Assembly (NCBI GenBank): GCA_026706735.1
Contig: JAPOYD010000021.1
Location: 5,659 to 69,658, forward strand
DNA: 64,000 nucleotides
Reading direction: 5' to 3'
Source: Nitrospinota bacterium
Lineage (GTDB): Bacteria > UBA8248
How positions within the stretch are numbered: position 1 is the stretch's first letter; each line of letters begins with the position of its first letter. The position numbers were made by a program, and so were the translations under genes. The notes beneath the pieces were generated by a model that saw nothing but the letters and a program-made list of their open reading frames with translations, was not told the DNA's origin and ran no database searches. Shown here piece by piece: positions 47,557-57,946 of the stretch.

Positions 47557-48590
47557 AATTACATTTTGTAAAGCGTCTCAGATCTTGGATGGGGCCCAAT
47601 ATCGCGATGGACTTAGGGACAGCGAATACACTCGTTTACACAAAAAATGCCGGAATCGTTCTTGATGAACCCTCTGTTGTCGCCTTGAACTCGAATAATG
47701 GAGGAACTGTTCTCGCTGTAGGGAAAAAAGCTAAGGAAATGTACGGTCGGACTCCAGATTCCATTCGGACAATTCGCCCCATGAAAGATGGAGTAATTGC
47801 AGATTTTGACGTAACCAAAGCCATGATACGCCATTTTGTGGGTACAATAGTACCCAAAAGATCTTTCAGCCGACCTACAATGATGGTCTGTGTTCCTTCA
47901 GGAATCACCAGCGTTGAAATGAAAGCCGTAATTGATTCCGCCACTCAATGTGGGGCCGGCAAGGTCCATCTAATCGAAGAACCCATGGCTGCGGCCATCG
48001 GAAGCAAACTGCCAATCCATGAAATCGCCGGCTCTATGATTGTTGATATTGGGGGAGGAACAACCGAAATGGCCGTTATCTCTCAATATGCCGTTGCATA
48101 TTCAGAATCTCTACGCATGGCGGGAGATGCAATGGACGAATGCATACAACGCCACATCAAAAGACACCACGGTTTATCGATCGGCTCATTCGAGGCTGAA
48201 CGTGTCAAAATGGAAATCGGAGCAGCAGCTCCACTTACAGAGCCGCTTGAAATGGAAATTTCTGGCGCAGATGTTTCCACCGGCATGCCCCGCACCATCA
48301 AGTTATCCGATGAATCAGTGCGAGAAGCTCTCGACATTCCTGTGAAAGCTATTGTTGAATCAATTCGAAAAGCGCTGTCCAAAACAAGCCCTGAGTTAGC
48401 TTCAGACATTTACCGAAGAGGAATCGTTTTAGCTGGCGGAGGTTCACTCTTGAAAGGGCTCGGGACAAGGCTCCACAAAGAAACAGGTCTCCCTATTTAT
48501 AGAGTAAAAGACCCACTAACCACTGTCGTCCGTGGTACTGGACACGTACTAGACCACTTAAAAGACTTCAAGCAAGTCTGTCTGAACTGA
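47553..48590 (+). CDS. MreB/Mbl-type actin-like ATPase, a non-canonical paralog.
   Basis: Full-length MreB similarity (DLGTANTLVY, IRPMKDGVIADF, LIEEPMAAAIG, DIGGGTTE, ASDI...GIVLAGGGSLL). It overlaps the upstream stop (ATGA). No mreC/mreD lie downstream. Confidence 0.85.
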   Translation: MKLHFVKRLRSWMGPNIAMDLGTANTLVYTKNAGIVLDEPSVVALNSNNGGTVLAVGKKAKEMYGRTPDSIRTIRPMKDGVIADFDVTKAMIRHFVGTIVPKRSFSRPTMMVCVPSGITSVEMKAVIDSATQCGAGKVHLIEEPMAAAIGSKLPIHEIAGSMIVDIGGGTTEMAVISQYAVAYSESLRMAGDAMDECIQRHIKRHHGLSIGSFEAERVKMEIGAAAPLTEPLEMEISGADVSTGMPRTIKLSDESVREALDIPVKAIVESIRKALSKTSPELASDIYRRGIVLAGGGSLLKGLGTRLHKETGLPIYRVKDPLTTVVRGTGHVLDHLKDFKQVCLN

Positions 48591-48766
48591 TATCCAAGAG
48601 CACCACCCCCCCAAAACCGGGGGCCCGGTCCCATGCGCAATACCGGGTCCCCGGTCCCTTCTAGCAGAGTGACTGTAGAGAGATTTTACTATTATAAATT
48701 ATCCGGTAAAATTAACACATATTTGTCTTTGGTTTTTTAAACCTTTTGTTTCAACAGGAAAGAATA

Positions 48767-49039
48767 ATGGCTCTTTCACAACAAGGCGACTCATACTCAT
48801 TCGAGACATCCATAGAAGACATGAAACTAGTTTACAGGATACTTCATCGCCATATCGGAGAGCACCTTGAGCTTATGGATAGTGCGTTCATGGATGAATT
48901 ACAAATCGCGCTTCAAAAAAAAGCCCAAACAGAAGGAGTGGATATCGGCCATCACGGCGCATGGGACTTATGGCTGGGCAATGATGCGACAACCCCATGT
49001 GAGGAACGTGTAAAAAGACGAAAAACATTCGATAGTTAA
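48767..49039 (+). CDS. Hypothetical small protein (about 90 aa).
   Basis: An ORF downstream of the mreB-like gene with no recognisable domain. Its end overlaps the aroE stop region. Confidence 0.35.
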   Translation: MALSQQGDSYSFETSIEDMKLVYRILHRHIGEHLELMDSAFMDELQIALQKKAQTEGVDIGHHGAWDLWLGNDATTPCEERVKRRKTFDS

Positions 49040-49914
49040 CCTTCGCCTCCGAGACGTAATTCCAATGCTTTATTTAAAACTTCCATCACTATATCTGTAG
49101 GCATATCCACTCCCGTCCACATCTTCCAAGCAGCCGCTGCTTGATATACCAGCCAACCCGTTCCGTGAACAATTTGAGCGCCAGATCGTCTTGCTGCTTT
49201 TAGAAATTCCGTATCAGGAGGAACATAGACCGCATCCGAACAGATACAATCCTCAGGTATAGCGTCTTCGGGAATCGGGGTGGTCGCCATACGTTCGGTG
49301 TCTCCCCACATCCCGAGGCTTGTCGTATTCACGATAATCTCACAACCATCAGCCGCCGAATACAGATCGTCTAAGCCACTACCATTTACCTTGGAAGAAG
49401 GAACGCTCTTCTTCACAAATTGTGCCAACTCTAATGCTTTGTCATATGTTCGATTTCTAATATCAAGGTGAGCCGCTCCGCACTGGGCTATTTTGACGGC
49501 AATGGCTCTCGCTGCCCCTCCTGCACCCAAAACAAGACATTTCTTTTCCCTAGGATGCTCTCCCGTTGTTTCCTCCAAAAATCGGAGCCAACCGATACCA
49601 TCCGTATTGTGGCCGATAAGATTCCCATCTTCTTCAAAAACTATCGTGTTTACTGCACCCATCAAACGGGCATCCTCACTCAATTCATCCATGAGCTTGG
49701 CAACAGCCACCTTGTGCGGAATCGTGATTGTGAGTCCGCGAAATCCCATCGCCTGGGCTCCCCGCACGGCTTCTTCCAAAAAATCCGGGTGCACTTCATA
49801 GGCAAGATAGTGATAATTCAAACCCAACACTTCAGCCGCTTTGTTATGCAGTACAGGTGATAAAATATGGCCTGCCGGATATCCAAGAACTCCCAATGGA
49901 ATCGGATTTAGCAT
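49036..49914 (-). CDS. aroE: Shikimate dehydrogenase.
   Basis: Shikimate-binding N-domain (GNPIxHSxSP-like LGYPAGHILSPVLHN, NTIVFEEDGNLIGHNTDGIG) and a Rossmann motif GAGGAARA. Confidence 0.9.
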   Translation of the reverse strand: MLNPIPLGVLGYPAGHILSPVLHNKAAEVLGLNYHYLAYEVHPDFLEEAVRGAQAMGFRGLTITIPHKVAVAKLMDELSEDARLMGAVNTIVFEEDGNLIGHNTDGIGWLRFLEETTGEHPREKKCLVLGAGGAARAIAVKIAQCGAAHLDIRNRTYDKALELAQFVKKSVPSSKVNGSGLDDLYSAADGCEIIVNTTSLGMWGDTERMATTPIPEDAIPEDCICSDAVYVPPDTEFLKAARRSGAQIVHGTGWLVYQAAAAWKMWTGVDMPTDIVMEVLNKALELRLGGEG

Positions 49915-50119
49915 GAATGTTCTCCTTCACATCATTCCATTAAGTAATACAGCATTCGTGATCAACTTGTAGCTATTAGAATATATACATAGACTAGATA
50001 TTTCGGAGTCTATTCGCAATCGAGAGATCATCGCATCTCTTTAGGTGTTTGAGAGCCTGCAAAGCTCAACATCGCACAAAAGACCAGACATCCACATACG
50101 CCACATATTTGAGGATCTC

Positions 50120-52372
50120 ATGAATGAATTTAAGGTAGCTGGGAAAAAAATCCCCAGATACGATCTGCCAGATAAAGTTGTGGGCACGGCAAAATTCGCA
50201 GCAGACGTCACTGCTGTGCAGCCCCTTGTTGGTTTAATTCTCAGAAGTCCGCTACCACACGCTCGTATCGTTTCTATGGACACGAAGGAAGCAAAAGAAA
50301 TACCGGGCGTGCGAACCGTACTGAAGGGCAATGATTGCCCCCCTCATCTTTTCGGTCTTGAGATCAAAGACATGTGCTGGCTGGCTCGCGATGGGTATGT
50401 CCGATACATCGGAGACCCTGTTGCAGCCATTGCAGCTGAATCGATGGATGCCGCTCAGGCGGCGCTAGATTCTATTCAGGTGGACTATGAAACCCTTGAA
50501 CCTGTGGTGGACCTTTTAGAAGCGCGTGATGGCAAGGGTTCACTCGTACATGAAGATTGGGAAAAAATAGGCTTAGGCCCCAATGGAGAAGGGAATGTAA
50601 TCGGTCGCTATGAAATGGCCATGGGCGATGCAAGTGCCGCTATGGAAAAAGCAGACCACATATTCGAACACACATTCCAAACCCCATACGCGCATTCTGG
50701 ATATATCGAACCTCATGCCTGTACGGTGGAGCCGGGGGCCGATGGAAAATTCACGATTTGGACAACAACGCAAGCACCCTTCGTCATCCGCGACCAAGTC
50801 GCAGCGGCTTTGGGGATTCCACTGACGAAAGTAAAAGTCATCCCTACAGAAATCGGCGGTGGATTCGGAGGTAAGATTCATTCGTTTGTTGAACACATCA
50901 TCGCATTGCTTGCTCTCAAAAGCGGGCGCACTGTGCGCCACGAGATGACGCGTGAAGACGATCATAATGGCGTCAGTCCCAGGCAAGGATTACGAATACA
51001 CTTAAAAACCGGGGTAACCTCTGATGGCAAAATTCTAGCTCGCGAAACAGATGTCATCGTCGACCACGGCGCATATGGCCCCGGCGCTCCGACCCAGGCG
51101 AGTTCCCGCATTCCAATGTTCACCAGCTGCTACAATATCCCTGATTGTTCAGTGACAATGGCGAGCGTCTACACCAACGGACCCATATGCGGCTCGGTTA
51201 GAGGACCATGCGGGCCCCAGTGCTTCTTCGCAACAGAGGTGCATCTCGACATCATCGCGCGCGAACTAGGCATCGGTCCCCTTGAAATCAGGAGAAAAAA
51301 CGCCATTCGAAAAGGCGATACCGGCTTGTTCGGTACGCAGAAAGACGACGGCATGCTCAAAGTTTTGGAAAGCACCGCCAAAGAAGGAAACTGGGGCGAG
51401 ACTATTGAAACGAATGTGGACTTGGAAGGTCCTGGCTGGAAGCTCGGTCGTGGCCTTGCCGTTAGTTTTTGGCGCGGAAGTGGCGGAGCTTCCGCGTGCA
51501 CGGCGCGCTTAAATGCAGACGGTAGCATCCAGTTACTCAGTGGCTCCGTGAACCTTACGGGCGCAACAACCTCGATGTGCCAGATTGCCGCGGAAATGAT
51601 GGGCATCGGTTTTGAGCAAGTATCTTTTGACAGCGGCGATACTGACACTGCTCCGGAATCCATCCACGCGGCGGGCAGCATGCTGACCCGCTCAATGGGC
51701 GCCGCCGTCATCGTTGCCGTAGACGATTTGAAAGAAAAAATTCGAGTCGTAGCCGCCGAAAAACTTGAAGCCGACCCGGATGATTTGAAAATAGAAGCAG
51801 GGTGTATCTCTTCGATATCTACGCCCGAGCGCTCCATGTCATTGAGTGAAGTGGCGAAAATAGCGCCAGGGATTTCAGGTTACATTATGGGCCAAGGTGA
51901 AACACAGACGCCGGCTTTTTGCCCCATCTACACAGCGCAAATCGCGGAGGTGGCCGTGAATCTGGATTCGGGTGAGGTTAAAATTTTGAGGCTGATTTGT
52001 TCACAGGACGTGGGCTTCGCCATGAACCCGACTTCCGTCGTCGGCCAAATGGAAGGTGGGATGCTTCAGGGAATCGGTTTGGCGCTTATGGAGGAACAGC
52101 CTCGAGACGAGGCCGGCAATATCTTTGGCGGAACTCTCCATGAATATCTTCTGCCCACCAGTCTGGATGTACCCGAGTTGAAAACCGTAATGGTTGAGAA
52201 CAAGGCGGATGATACGCCTTATGGTATGAGAGGTGTCGGTGAACCGCCCATACTTGCAGCCCCCGCTGCCATCATGAACGCCATCGCCGATGCGGTGGAG
52301 ACTCGATTTTTTAATATCCCGGTGGGCCCGCATCACATATGCGAAGCGATCGGAAAAAAGAGCGAAACATAG
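50120..52372 (+). CDS. Xanthine dehydrogenase/aldehyde oxidase family molybdopterin-binding subunit (orphan large subunit).
   Basis: An a/b-hammerhead N-terminus and a MoCo-binding core of about 750 aa. No adjacent [2Fe-2S] or FAD subunit genes. The start is trimmed to the ATG at 50120. Confidence 0.85.
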   Translation: MNEFKVAGKKIPRYDLPDKVVGTAKFAADVTAVQPLVGLILRSPLPHARIVSMDTKEAKEIPGVRTVLKGNDCPPHLFGLEIKDMCWLARDGYVRYIGDPVAAIAAESMDAAQAALDSIQVDYETLEPVVDLLEARDGKGSLVHEDWEKIGLGPNGEGNVIGRYEMAMGDASAAMEKADHIFEHTFQTPYAHSGYIEPHACTVEPGADGKFTIWTTTQAPFVIRDQVAAALGIPLTKVKVIPTEIGGGFGGKIHSFVEHIIALLALKSGRTVRHEMTREDDHNGVSPRQGLRIHLKTGVTSDGKILARETDVIVDHGAYGPGAPTQASSRIPMFTSCYNIPDCSVTMASVYTNGPICGSVRGPCGPQCFFATEVHLDIIARELGIGPLEIRRKNAIRKGDTGLFGTQKDDGMLKVLESTAKEGNWGETIETNVDLEGPGWKLGRGLAVSFWRGSGGASACTARLNADGSIQLLSGSVNLTGATTSMCQIAAEMMGIGFEQVSFDSGDTDTAPESIHAAGSMLTRSMGAAVIVAVDDLKEKIRVVAAEKLEADPDDLKIEAGCISSISTPERSMSLSEVAKIAPGISGYIMGQGETQTPAFCPIYTAQIAEVAVNLDSGEVKILRLICSQDVGFAMNPTSVVGQMEGGMLQGIGLALMEEQPRDEAGNIFGGTLHEYLLPTSLDVPELKTVMVENKADDTPYGMRGVGEPPILAAPAAIMNAIADAVETRFFNIPVGPHHICEAIGKKSET

Positions 52373-52480
52373 AAAAAGCGATAGAATTCTTAAATATACA
52401 GCATAGATGACCACTTTCGATTACTTAGACATTTTTATCGCCTTTGGGCTCGAAGGGTTTAGTTACTCTGGTATGAAGTT

Positions 52481-53398
52481 TCATGAAACTTGTGGGACTT
52501 CGGTCTGAATGGCGCGCAGAAGGTGGCCATCCAAATACCACTTCATTGCTTTAACATTCGAATCATCATTCAGAATCGTGATGGCGCCGCATCTTAGCCA
52601 TTCGTTTCTTCTTGTTCGCCAAGTCCAGATAAGCACGCCTCGACAACCGTTGAGCCAGACAGGGCTAAAAGTCAGCTTTTCTCCCATTTGGCCAAGAAGC
52701 TCCATACAAGCCATGGCTACGAAATCATCACCCGTTCTTCGCTCACCTCGGACGACAAGCTCTACACCCGGTGACATGAGCCCTTGCATCAATACCTTGT
52801 CTCGAAATCCGAGCACCTCGACAAATCGCTCGAATACCCGCGATGCTTTTTCCTGTTCATCGGTGGATGAGAAGAAAAGATTCTTTCCCCAGTACTTATG
52901 AATTTGCGCTCGTTTTTTATCCGCATTATCGGCAATTTTGAAAACCTCCTGAATTTTTACTCCCATTGTGGATGCCGCGACCCGGTCACCATCTTCGACC
53001 CCGTCCCTAAGCACGACAACAGCGCGCTGTTCGGGCGTCATGTATTGGAGAGGGAATAAAAACTCGAGCGCAACGCTTGGCCATACAGCACCCGCCTCTA
53101 TCGATTTGGTCACACCATTCGCACTTGAACCCATCGTTTGAATCAAATCGGGCAGGTCGAACTCTTTCAACTCCAACGGTTTTTTCTCTCTCAATCGAGA
53201 AAGCGCCGCTTCCGTACATGCTGTGTACAACCACTCAGGATGATCTTCAATATTTTCTAGAGCCGGGCCCATCTCAATCGCTCGCAACATGGTATCTTGG
53301 ACGATGTCATCCGCATCCAAAATGCTGCCTGTAAGCCGATAGGCGTGTTGGCGTATTACTCCCCAGTATTCTTGAGTGTATTTTTCAAGATCTATCAT
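52481..53398 (-). CDS. ECF sigma factor with a C-terminal SnoaL/NTF2-like extension (ECF41-type).
   Basis: Sigma-70 region 2 (DADDIVQDTMLRA), region 4 (TPEQRAVVVLRD), and a roughly 130-aa C-terminal extension. Confidence 0.7.
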   Translation of the reverse strand: MIDLEKYTQEYWGVIRQHAYRLTGSILDADDIVQDTMLRAIEMGPALENIEDHPEWLYTACTEAALSRLREKKPLELKEFDLPDLIQTMGSSANGVTKSIEAGAVWPSVALEFLFPLQYMTPEQRAVVVLRDGVEDGDRVAASTMGVKIQEVFKIADNADKKRAQIHKYWGKNLFFSSTDEQEKASRVFERFVEVLGFRDKVLMQGLMSPGVELVVRGERRTGDDFVAMACMELLGQMGEKLTFSPVWLNGCRGVLIWTWRTRRNEWLRCGAITILNDDSNVKAMKWYLDGHLLRAIQTEVPQVS

Positions 53399-53407
53399 TA
53401 TCGAAAC

Positions 53408-54091
53408 TCAGTCACTCGCAAACATCTCGCATAAGTCTGAAGCTACAAGCAAATGCGCCTCGGTTTTGTCCCGCACATCATTTTCGCTTACTCCAGGAGC
53501 AAGTTCACGCAGCAAGAGCCCGTCGGTCTCTACCGTAATAAACGCGAGATCAGTGATGATGACATCTACTACGCTTTTGCCTGTCAAAGGCAAAGAACAT
53601 GCCTTTACAATCTTCGGCGCACCTCGCTTTGAAACATGCTCCATTGTGAGGATAACTTTTCGGGCGCCCACGACGAGATCCATCGCACCGCCCATGCCGG
53701 ATATCATCTTGCCAGGGATCGCCCAATTTGCCAGGTCACCGTTCCCAGCGACTTCCATGGCACCGAGTATAGTCACGTCTATATGCCCGCCCCTGACCAT
53801 AGCAAATGACATGGCGCTGTCAAAAAACGAACCTCCCGGCATAATTGTCACGGTTTCTTTACCGGCATTCAGCAGGTCGGGGTCTTCATCTCCCTCGAAT
53901 GGAAAAGGGCCTACGCCCAACACCCCGTTCTCCGAATGGACAGTGACACCGTATTCCTCGGGAATGTAATTGCACACAAGAGTAGGTATACCAAGCCCGA
54001 GATTGACATAACCCCCTCGAGGCACTTCCATGGCTGCGCGCCTGGCGATATCTTGTCTGCTCAAAGGCAAATCAACTCCTCCCAAGGTCAT
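53408..54091 (-). CDS. 3-oxoacid CoA-transferase subunit B.
   Basis: CoA-transferase family I beta-subunit motifs (NLGLGIPT, GMGGAMDLV). The gene overlaps subunit A by 20 nt. Confidence 0.85.
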   Translation of the reverse strand: MTLGGVDLPLSRQDIARRAAMEVPRGGYVNLGLGIPTLVCNYIPEEYGVTVHSENGVLGVGPFPFEGDEDPDLLNAGKETVTIMPGGSFFDSAMSFAMVRGGHIDVTILGAMEVAGNGDLANWAIPGKMISGMGGAMDLVVGARKVILTMEHVSKRGAPKIVKACSLPLTGKSVVDVIITDLAFITVETDGLLLRELAPGVSENDVRDKTEAHLLVASDLCEMFASD

Positions 54092-54791
54092 TTCGTGGTC
54101 GATTCGTCATGATTTCAATAGGCTTTTCAACATCTTCACCTAAAACAACACGTTGCACAAAAATTCCAGGCGTATGCACATTTTCTGGGATAATTTCACC
54201 GACAGGAACAATCTCTTCAACTTCAGCGATAGTCACCTCGGCGGCAGTAGCCATGACGGGATTAAAATTCCGCGCGCTCATCCTGTATATCAGATTCCCA
54301 CGCTCATCTCCTTTCCAAGCCTTAACGAGAGCATAATTCGCACGAATAGGTTCTTCGAATATGTGTTCTTGCCCTTTAATTATTCTTGTCTCTTTTCCTT
54401 CAGCAACGATGGTGCCTGCTCCTGTGGGCGTGAAGAAACCACCAATGCCGGCTCCACCTGCTCGAATGCGTTCTATAAATGTTCCTTGAGGCGAGAGCTC
54501 GACTTCGATTTCCCCTCTCAAAGCTTGCTCTTCATAGACTTTGCAAGCTGGTCCCACACGACTGGCGACAATAGAGCGAATCTGCCGGTTTTCAAACATC
54601 ATACCCACGCCCCAACCGTCCACTCCACCTGCATTTGACACCAAATGGAAATCGCCGACATCTTTTCTTTCACTCAGTGCTTTACATAAATTATGGGCCA
54701 TTCCGCATATGCCAAACCCACCGATAAGAATAGATGCGCCTCTGGGAATATCCGAAACAGCTTCCATGGAACTCGTTATAATTTTGGACAA
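54072..54791 (-). CDS. 3-oxoacid CoA-transferase subunit A.
   Basis: Alpha-subunit motifs (ILIGGFGICGMAHNL, ...GGAGIGGFFTPTGAGT). Confidence 0.85.
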   Translation of the reverse strand: MSKIITSSMEAVSDIPRGASILIGGFGICGMAHNLCKALSERKDVGDFHLVSNAGGVDGWGVGMMFENRQIRSIVASRVGPACKVYEEQALRGEIEVELSPQGTFIERIRAGGAGIGGFFTPTGAGTIVAEGKETRIIKGQEHIFEEPIRANYALVKAWKGDERGNLIYRMSARNFNPVMATAAEVTIAEVEEIVPVGEIIPENVHTPGIFVQRVVLGEDVEKPIEIMTNRPRNDLGRS

Positions 54792-54875
54792 ATGAACAAC
54801 CTCGATAACAAACTTTTAATTCTTCATGCTCGAATGGCTCAAGCATTTGAACATCAATATTCTAATGGAATTTGG

Positions 54876-57086
54876 TTAGCTTTCCATCACTCGCCCCACC
54901 AAAGCTTTCACTGGCGAATACTGTTTATACACAATAACTGTTTTGTCTGTGTGCTTTGCTACGTTTTCAGGAATAGAACCAAAAAGAATCTGTTTATAGA
55001 AACTCTCCCCAGCTGCACCCAGAGCAATAGCGTCATATTTTTCTGACGCTTGGATAATTCCCACGGAAACAGATTTATGCGCGATGATTTGACTCTCTAC
55101 ATGAACGCTGCTCTCATCGTTGATTCGGCCTACGGCTTCACTTAGGCTTTTTTCAACAGAATAGTTATGAGTTGCTCCGGCATCTGGAGAAACAACTGTC
55201 GATACAACAAGTCTGGCATTGTAAGCGCTTGCTATCGTGGCTGTATATCGCTCAGCCAAACGTGCATGTATACCACCTGTTGTGGGCAAGAGAATATTTT
55301 TATATTTCATTTCACCTACAAGTTTCACCAACATAATATCTGCCCGCGCGAGATTCACGACGTCATCGACAATCTCCCCCAATATTCGATTGGCGGTAGA
55401 TGTGTAACCTTTCCAGCCAAGCACGATCAGATCACAATGGCGTTCTCTCGCCGTCTCAAGAATGGCGCGCGCAGGATTACGCCCGATCGTTACAAGAGAG
55501 CTAACTTTGACACCATGCGACTTGGCTCGAACATGGGCCTGCTCCAAAATTCGCCTTTCTCGTTCAACGTAAGAAGTCTCGCGACTCGTCGGTGCCTGCT
55601 CAGGCAAAGATACAACCCGCATGGCAACGATTTCACCGTCATTTTCTTTGGCAATCGCTGAGGCCAGATCTATCAGGGGGGCAACGTTTGTCGGATTAGC
55701 GATGGGAACCAATACGCGGAAATCGCTCTCCTGACCCTCCATGCTGACTTGTGCGACGCGGGACCGCTCACCCGGCAAAAATTCCTCTTCAGCCTGAGAG
55801 CCTTTCCAGGCCAGGAAACCAAGCATCCCCACGATCAGCCATAGAACGGCCATGATTACCGGCTCAGGATGCTGCAATATCAGTGAAAGTAAATATATAT
55901 TTGCGGCAATTCCCATCAATGGCAACAATGGTACGAAGGGAACGCGGAAATGCCTTAGCAGGTTTGGAAATTTTTTCCGGTTATAGATGAGCGCTGCATT
56001 TACCAAAATCAGCGCCAACAATAAAATGGTGTCCGCAAAGTGCGCCAGCTTCTCCAGGTGAAAACTCTGTGCAAAGACAATGATTGTTCCTCCCACTAAA
56101 ATAAGCGAGATAATAGGAGTACGTGTTTTTGGATTGATAGCAGCGATGCCAGAGGGCAAGTGTCCTAGCTGCGCCATGGACAAAACGACTCGCGAACCCG
56201 CCAAAATCGATGCATTAGATGCGGAAATCATTGAGAAAAGTGCACCTACGATAATTACCATCCCCCCGATGGGGCCCAAGAAAAGACGTGCCGCATTGCC
56301 CATCGCCGCTTCCGTATATTCCGTGAGATTCGCGGCAATGATTACAAAAACAACCAATGTATAAAGAATCGTCACGATCGTCATGGAGAGAAAAATCGCT
56401 CGAGGAATTGTTTTCGTGGGATTCGTGACTTCTCCAGCCGATGCCGCGATTGCCGAAAAACCAAAAAAAGTAATAAAAACCAAACCGGCCGTCGCGCCGA
56501 TCTTTGAAATGTCCGTGCTCATTCTCTCGACGAGGGCTTTTGTATCCAAATTCCCCAGCCCGCCATATACAAACCAAAATAAAAGGATGACCTTTCCAGC
56601 GGTAATGAGGATTTGAAAACGAGCCGACTCCTTAGTTCCCTTGATATTAAGCAATATGAGACAAATTAGTCCTATAGTTCCCGATATCTGCTCATAAGGG
56701 GAATGCCAAACGAATTCATTGAAATAAGAAGAAAGGCTGCTGATATAGAAAGCGCATGAAGAAGTGTAGCCAAGCACCAACGTCCATCCAACAAGATAGG
56801 CGAGTGGCGGAGGAAAGGTTCTTCTCGCATAGAGATACCCTTCACCGGATTCCGGATATAAAGATGAGAATTCACAATATGTGAGCGCGGTGAACCCGGC
56901 GACAAGCGCAGCTACAAGAAAAGCGATCACGGCTGATGAGCCAACATCCCTGACCGCAAGACCGGATAGAGTGAAAATACCAGCCGCTATCATTGTTCCG
57001 ACGCCGATCGAAAGTGCGGATGCGAGTCCTAAATCTCGACTGAGCTCGGTCTCAATATGCAGATTGCTGCCGTTTCGTTTGTTCAT
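54876..57086 (-). CDS. APC-family amino-acid permease fused to two C-terminal universal stress protein (UspA) domains.
   Basis: A 12-transmembrane APC core (GVGTMIAAGIFTLSG...) followed by two Usp-like alpha/beta domains. The start is trimmed to MNKRNGS at 57086. Its start overlaps the stop of the hydrolase gene. Confidence 0.8.
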   Translation of the reverse strand: MNKRNGSNLHIETELSRDLGLASALSIGVGTMIAAGIFTLSGLAVRDVGSSAVIAFLVAALVAGFTALTYCEFSSLYPESGEGYLYARRTFPPPLAYLVGWTLVLGYTSSCAFYISSLSSYFNEFVWHSPYEQISGTIGLICLILLNIKGTKESARFQILITAGKVILLFWFVYGGLGNLDTKALVERMSTDISKIGATAGLVFITFFGFSAIAASAGEVTNPTKTIPRAIFLSMTIVTILYTLVVFVIIAANLTEYTEAAMGNAARLFLGPIGGMVIIVGALFSMISASNASILAGSRVVLSMAQLGHLPSGIAAINPKTRTPIISLILVGGTIIVFAQSFHLEKLAHFADTILLLALILVNAALIYNRKKFPNLLRHFRVPFVPLLPLMGIAANIYLLSLILQHPEPVIMAVLWLIVGMLGFLAWKGSQAEEEFLPGERSRVAQVSMEGQESDFRVLVPIANPTNVAPLIDLASAIAKENDGEIVAMRVVSLPEQAPTSRETSYVERERRILEQAHVRAKSHGVKVSSLVTIGRNPARAILETARERHCDLIVLGWKGYTSTANRILGEIVDDVVNLARADIMLVKLVGEMKYKNILLPTTGGIHARLAERYTATIASAYNARLVVSTVVSPDAGATHNYSVEKSLSEAVGRINDESSVHVESQIIAHKSVSVGIIQASEKYDAIALGAAGESFYKQILFGSIPENVAKHTDKTVIVYKQYSPVKALVGRVMES

Positions 57087-57946
57087 TTCAGATCTGCCAG
57101 GAAATCCTTCAGTTCTCTTTGCACGATGGCTGGCGCAGATACGCTCGGGAAATGACCGGCTTTCGCACATACGACCACTCTTGATTTCGTGGGTAGTACA
57201 TTCATCAATAATTTCTGTGATTTCTCGCTAAATCGCTTGCTTTCTCCTCCACGAAAAACCAGAGCAGGGCATTTTGTTCTATTCGCCCAGAAAACAGGGT
57301 CGTAATCACTCGCAGAGGAAGCCTGAAATTTACGTAATCTCAGTATTCTGCTTTTCTCATAAGGAACCCTGTAAACGCCAGTTATGCCGTCGCGTACCAG
57401 AAAATCGCTTAAGAATCGCCTCGTCCTGGCAGGTGGCCAGTTTCCTTCTTCGCTCTCCATGGTGAATTTCTGCGCTTGCGCGAGATCTTTGAACTCCATC
57501 GGGCGACTCCGAGACGCCTCCAGGTTCGCATTGGCACCTGAAGCATCACGCACAGTCGGGTCCATCAACACGGTTGCGGTGACGCGGTCCGGGCGTTTCG
57601 CAGCGACGGCCAAGGCGATTGAAGCGGCGAAGGAATGCCCCATCACCACGAATTGATCCAGCAAAAGTGCATCTGCCAAGCCAATTACGTCTCTTGCAAA
57701 ATCAGCTGCGGCGTCACCCGCACCCGGGTCATCCGTTCTTCCGAATCCTCTTTGATCCGGGCATATCATGCGTATCGAGCCCGCGCCTTCCGCCGCAGCG
57801 TTCCACATGCCACTCTGAATCAGCGAACCATGCAATGCGATAACCGGCGAGAAAAAACTTTTCTTCGCCGGTCTCCAGTCCCGGTAAAACATCTGGAAAT
57901 TCGATACCGTCTCAAAGCCAGCATACCAGCCACCTTTACTGCGCAT
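57083..57946 (-). CDS. Alpha/beta hydrolase.
   Basis: A nucleophile elbow GHSFA and an HGSLIQSGMW oxyanion region. About 287 aa. Confidence 0.8.
   Translation of the reverse strand: MRSKGGWYAGFETVSNFQMFYRDWRPAKKSFFSPVIALHGSLIQSGMWNAAAEGAGSIRMICPDQRGFGRTDDPGAGDAAADFARDVIGLADALLLDQFVVMGHSFAASIALAVAAKRPDRVTATVLMDPTVRDASGANANLEASRSRPMEFKDLAQAQKFTMESEEGNWPPARTRRFLSDFLVRDGITGVYRVPYEKSRILRLRKFQASSASDYDPVFWANRTKCPALVFRGGESKRFSEKSQKLLMNVLPTKSRVVVCAKAGHFPSVSAPAIVQRELKDFLADLK

Noticed and set aside
47553-48590. Calling this gene the housekeeping mreB.
   Set aside because: There is no mreC or mreD downstream. The gene lies in a low-GC island and is translationally coupled to a GGDEF-type sensor. It is treated here as a paralog pending a genome-wide check.
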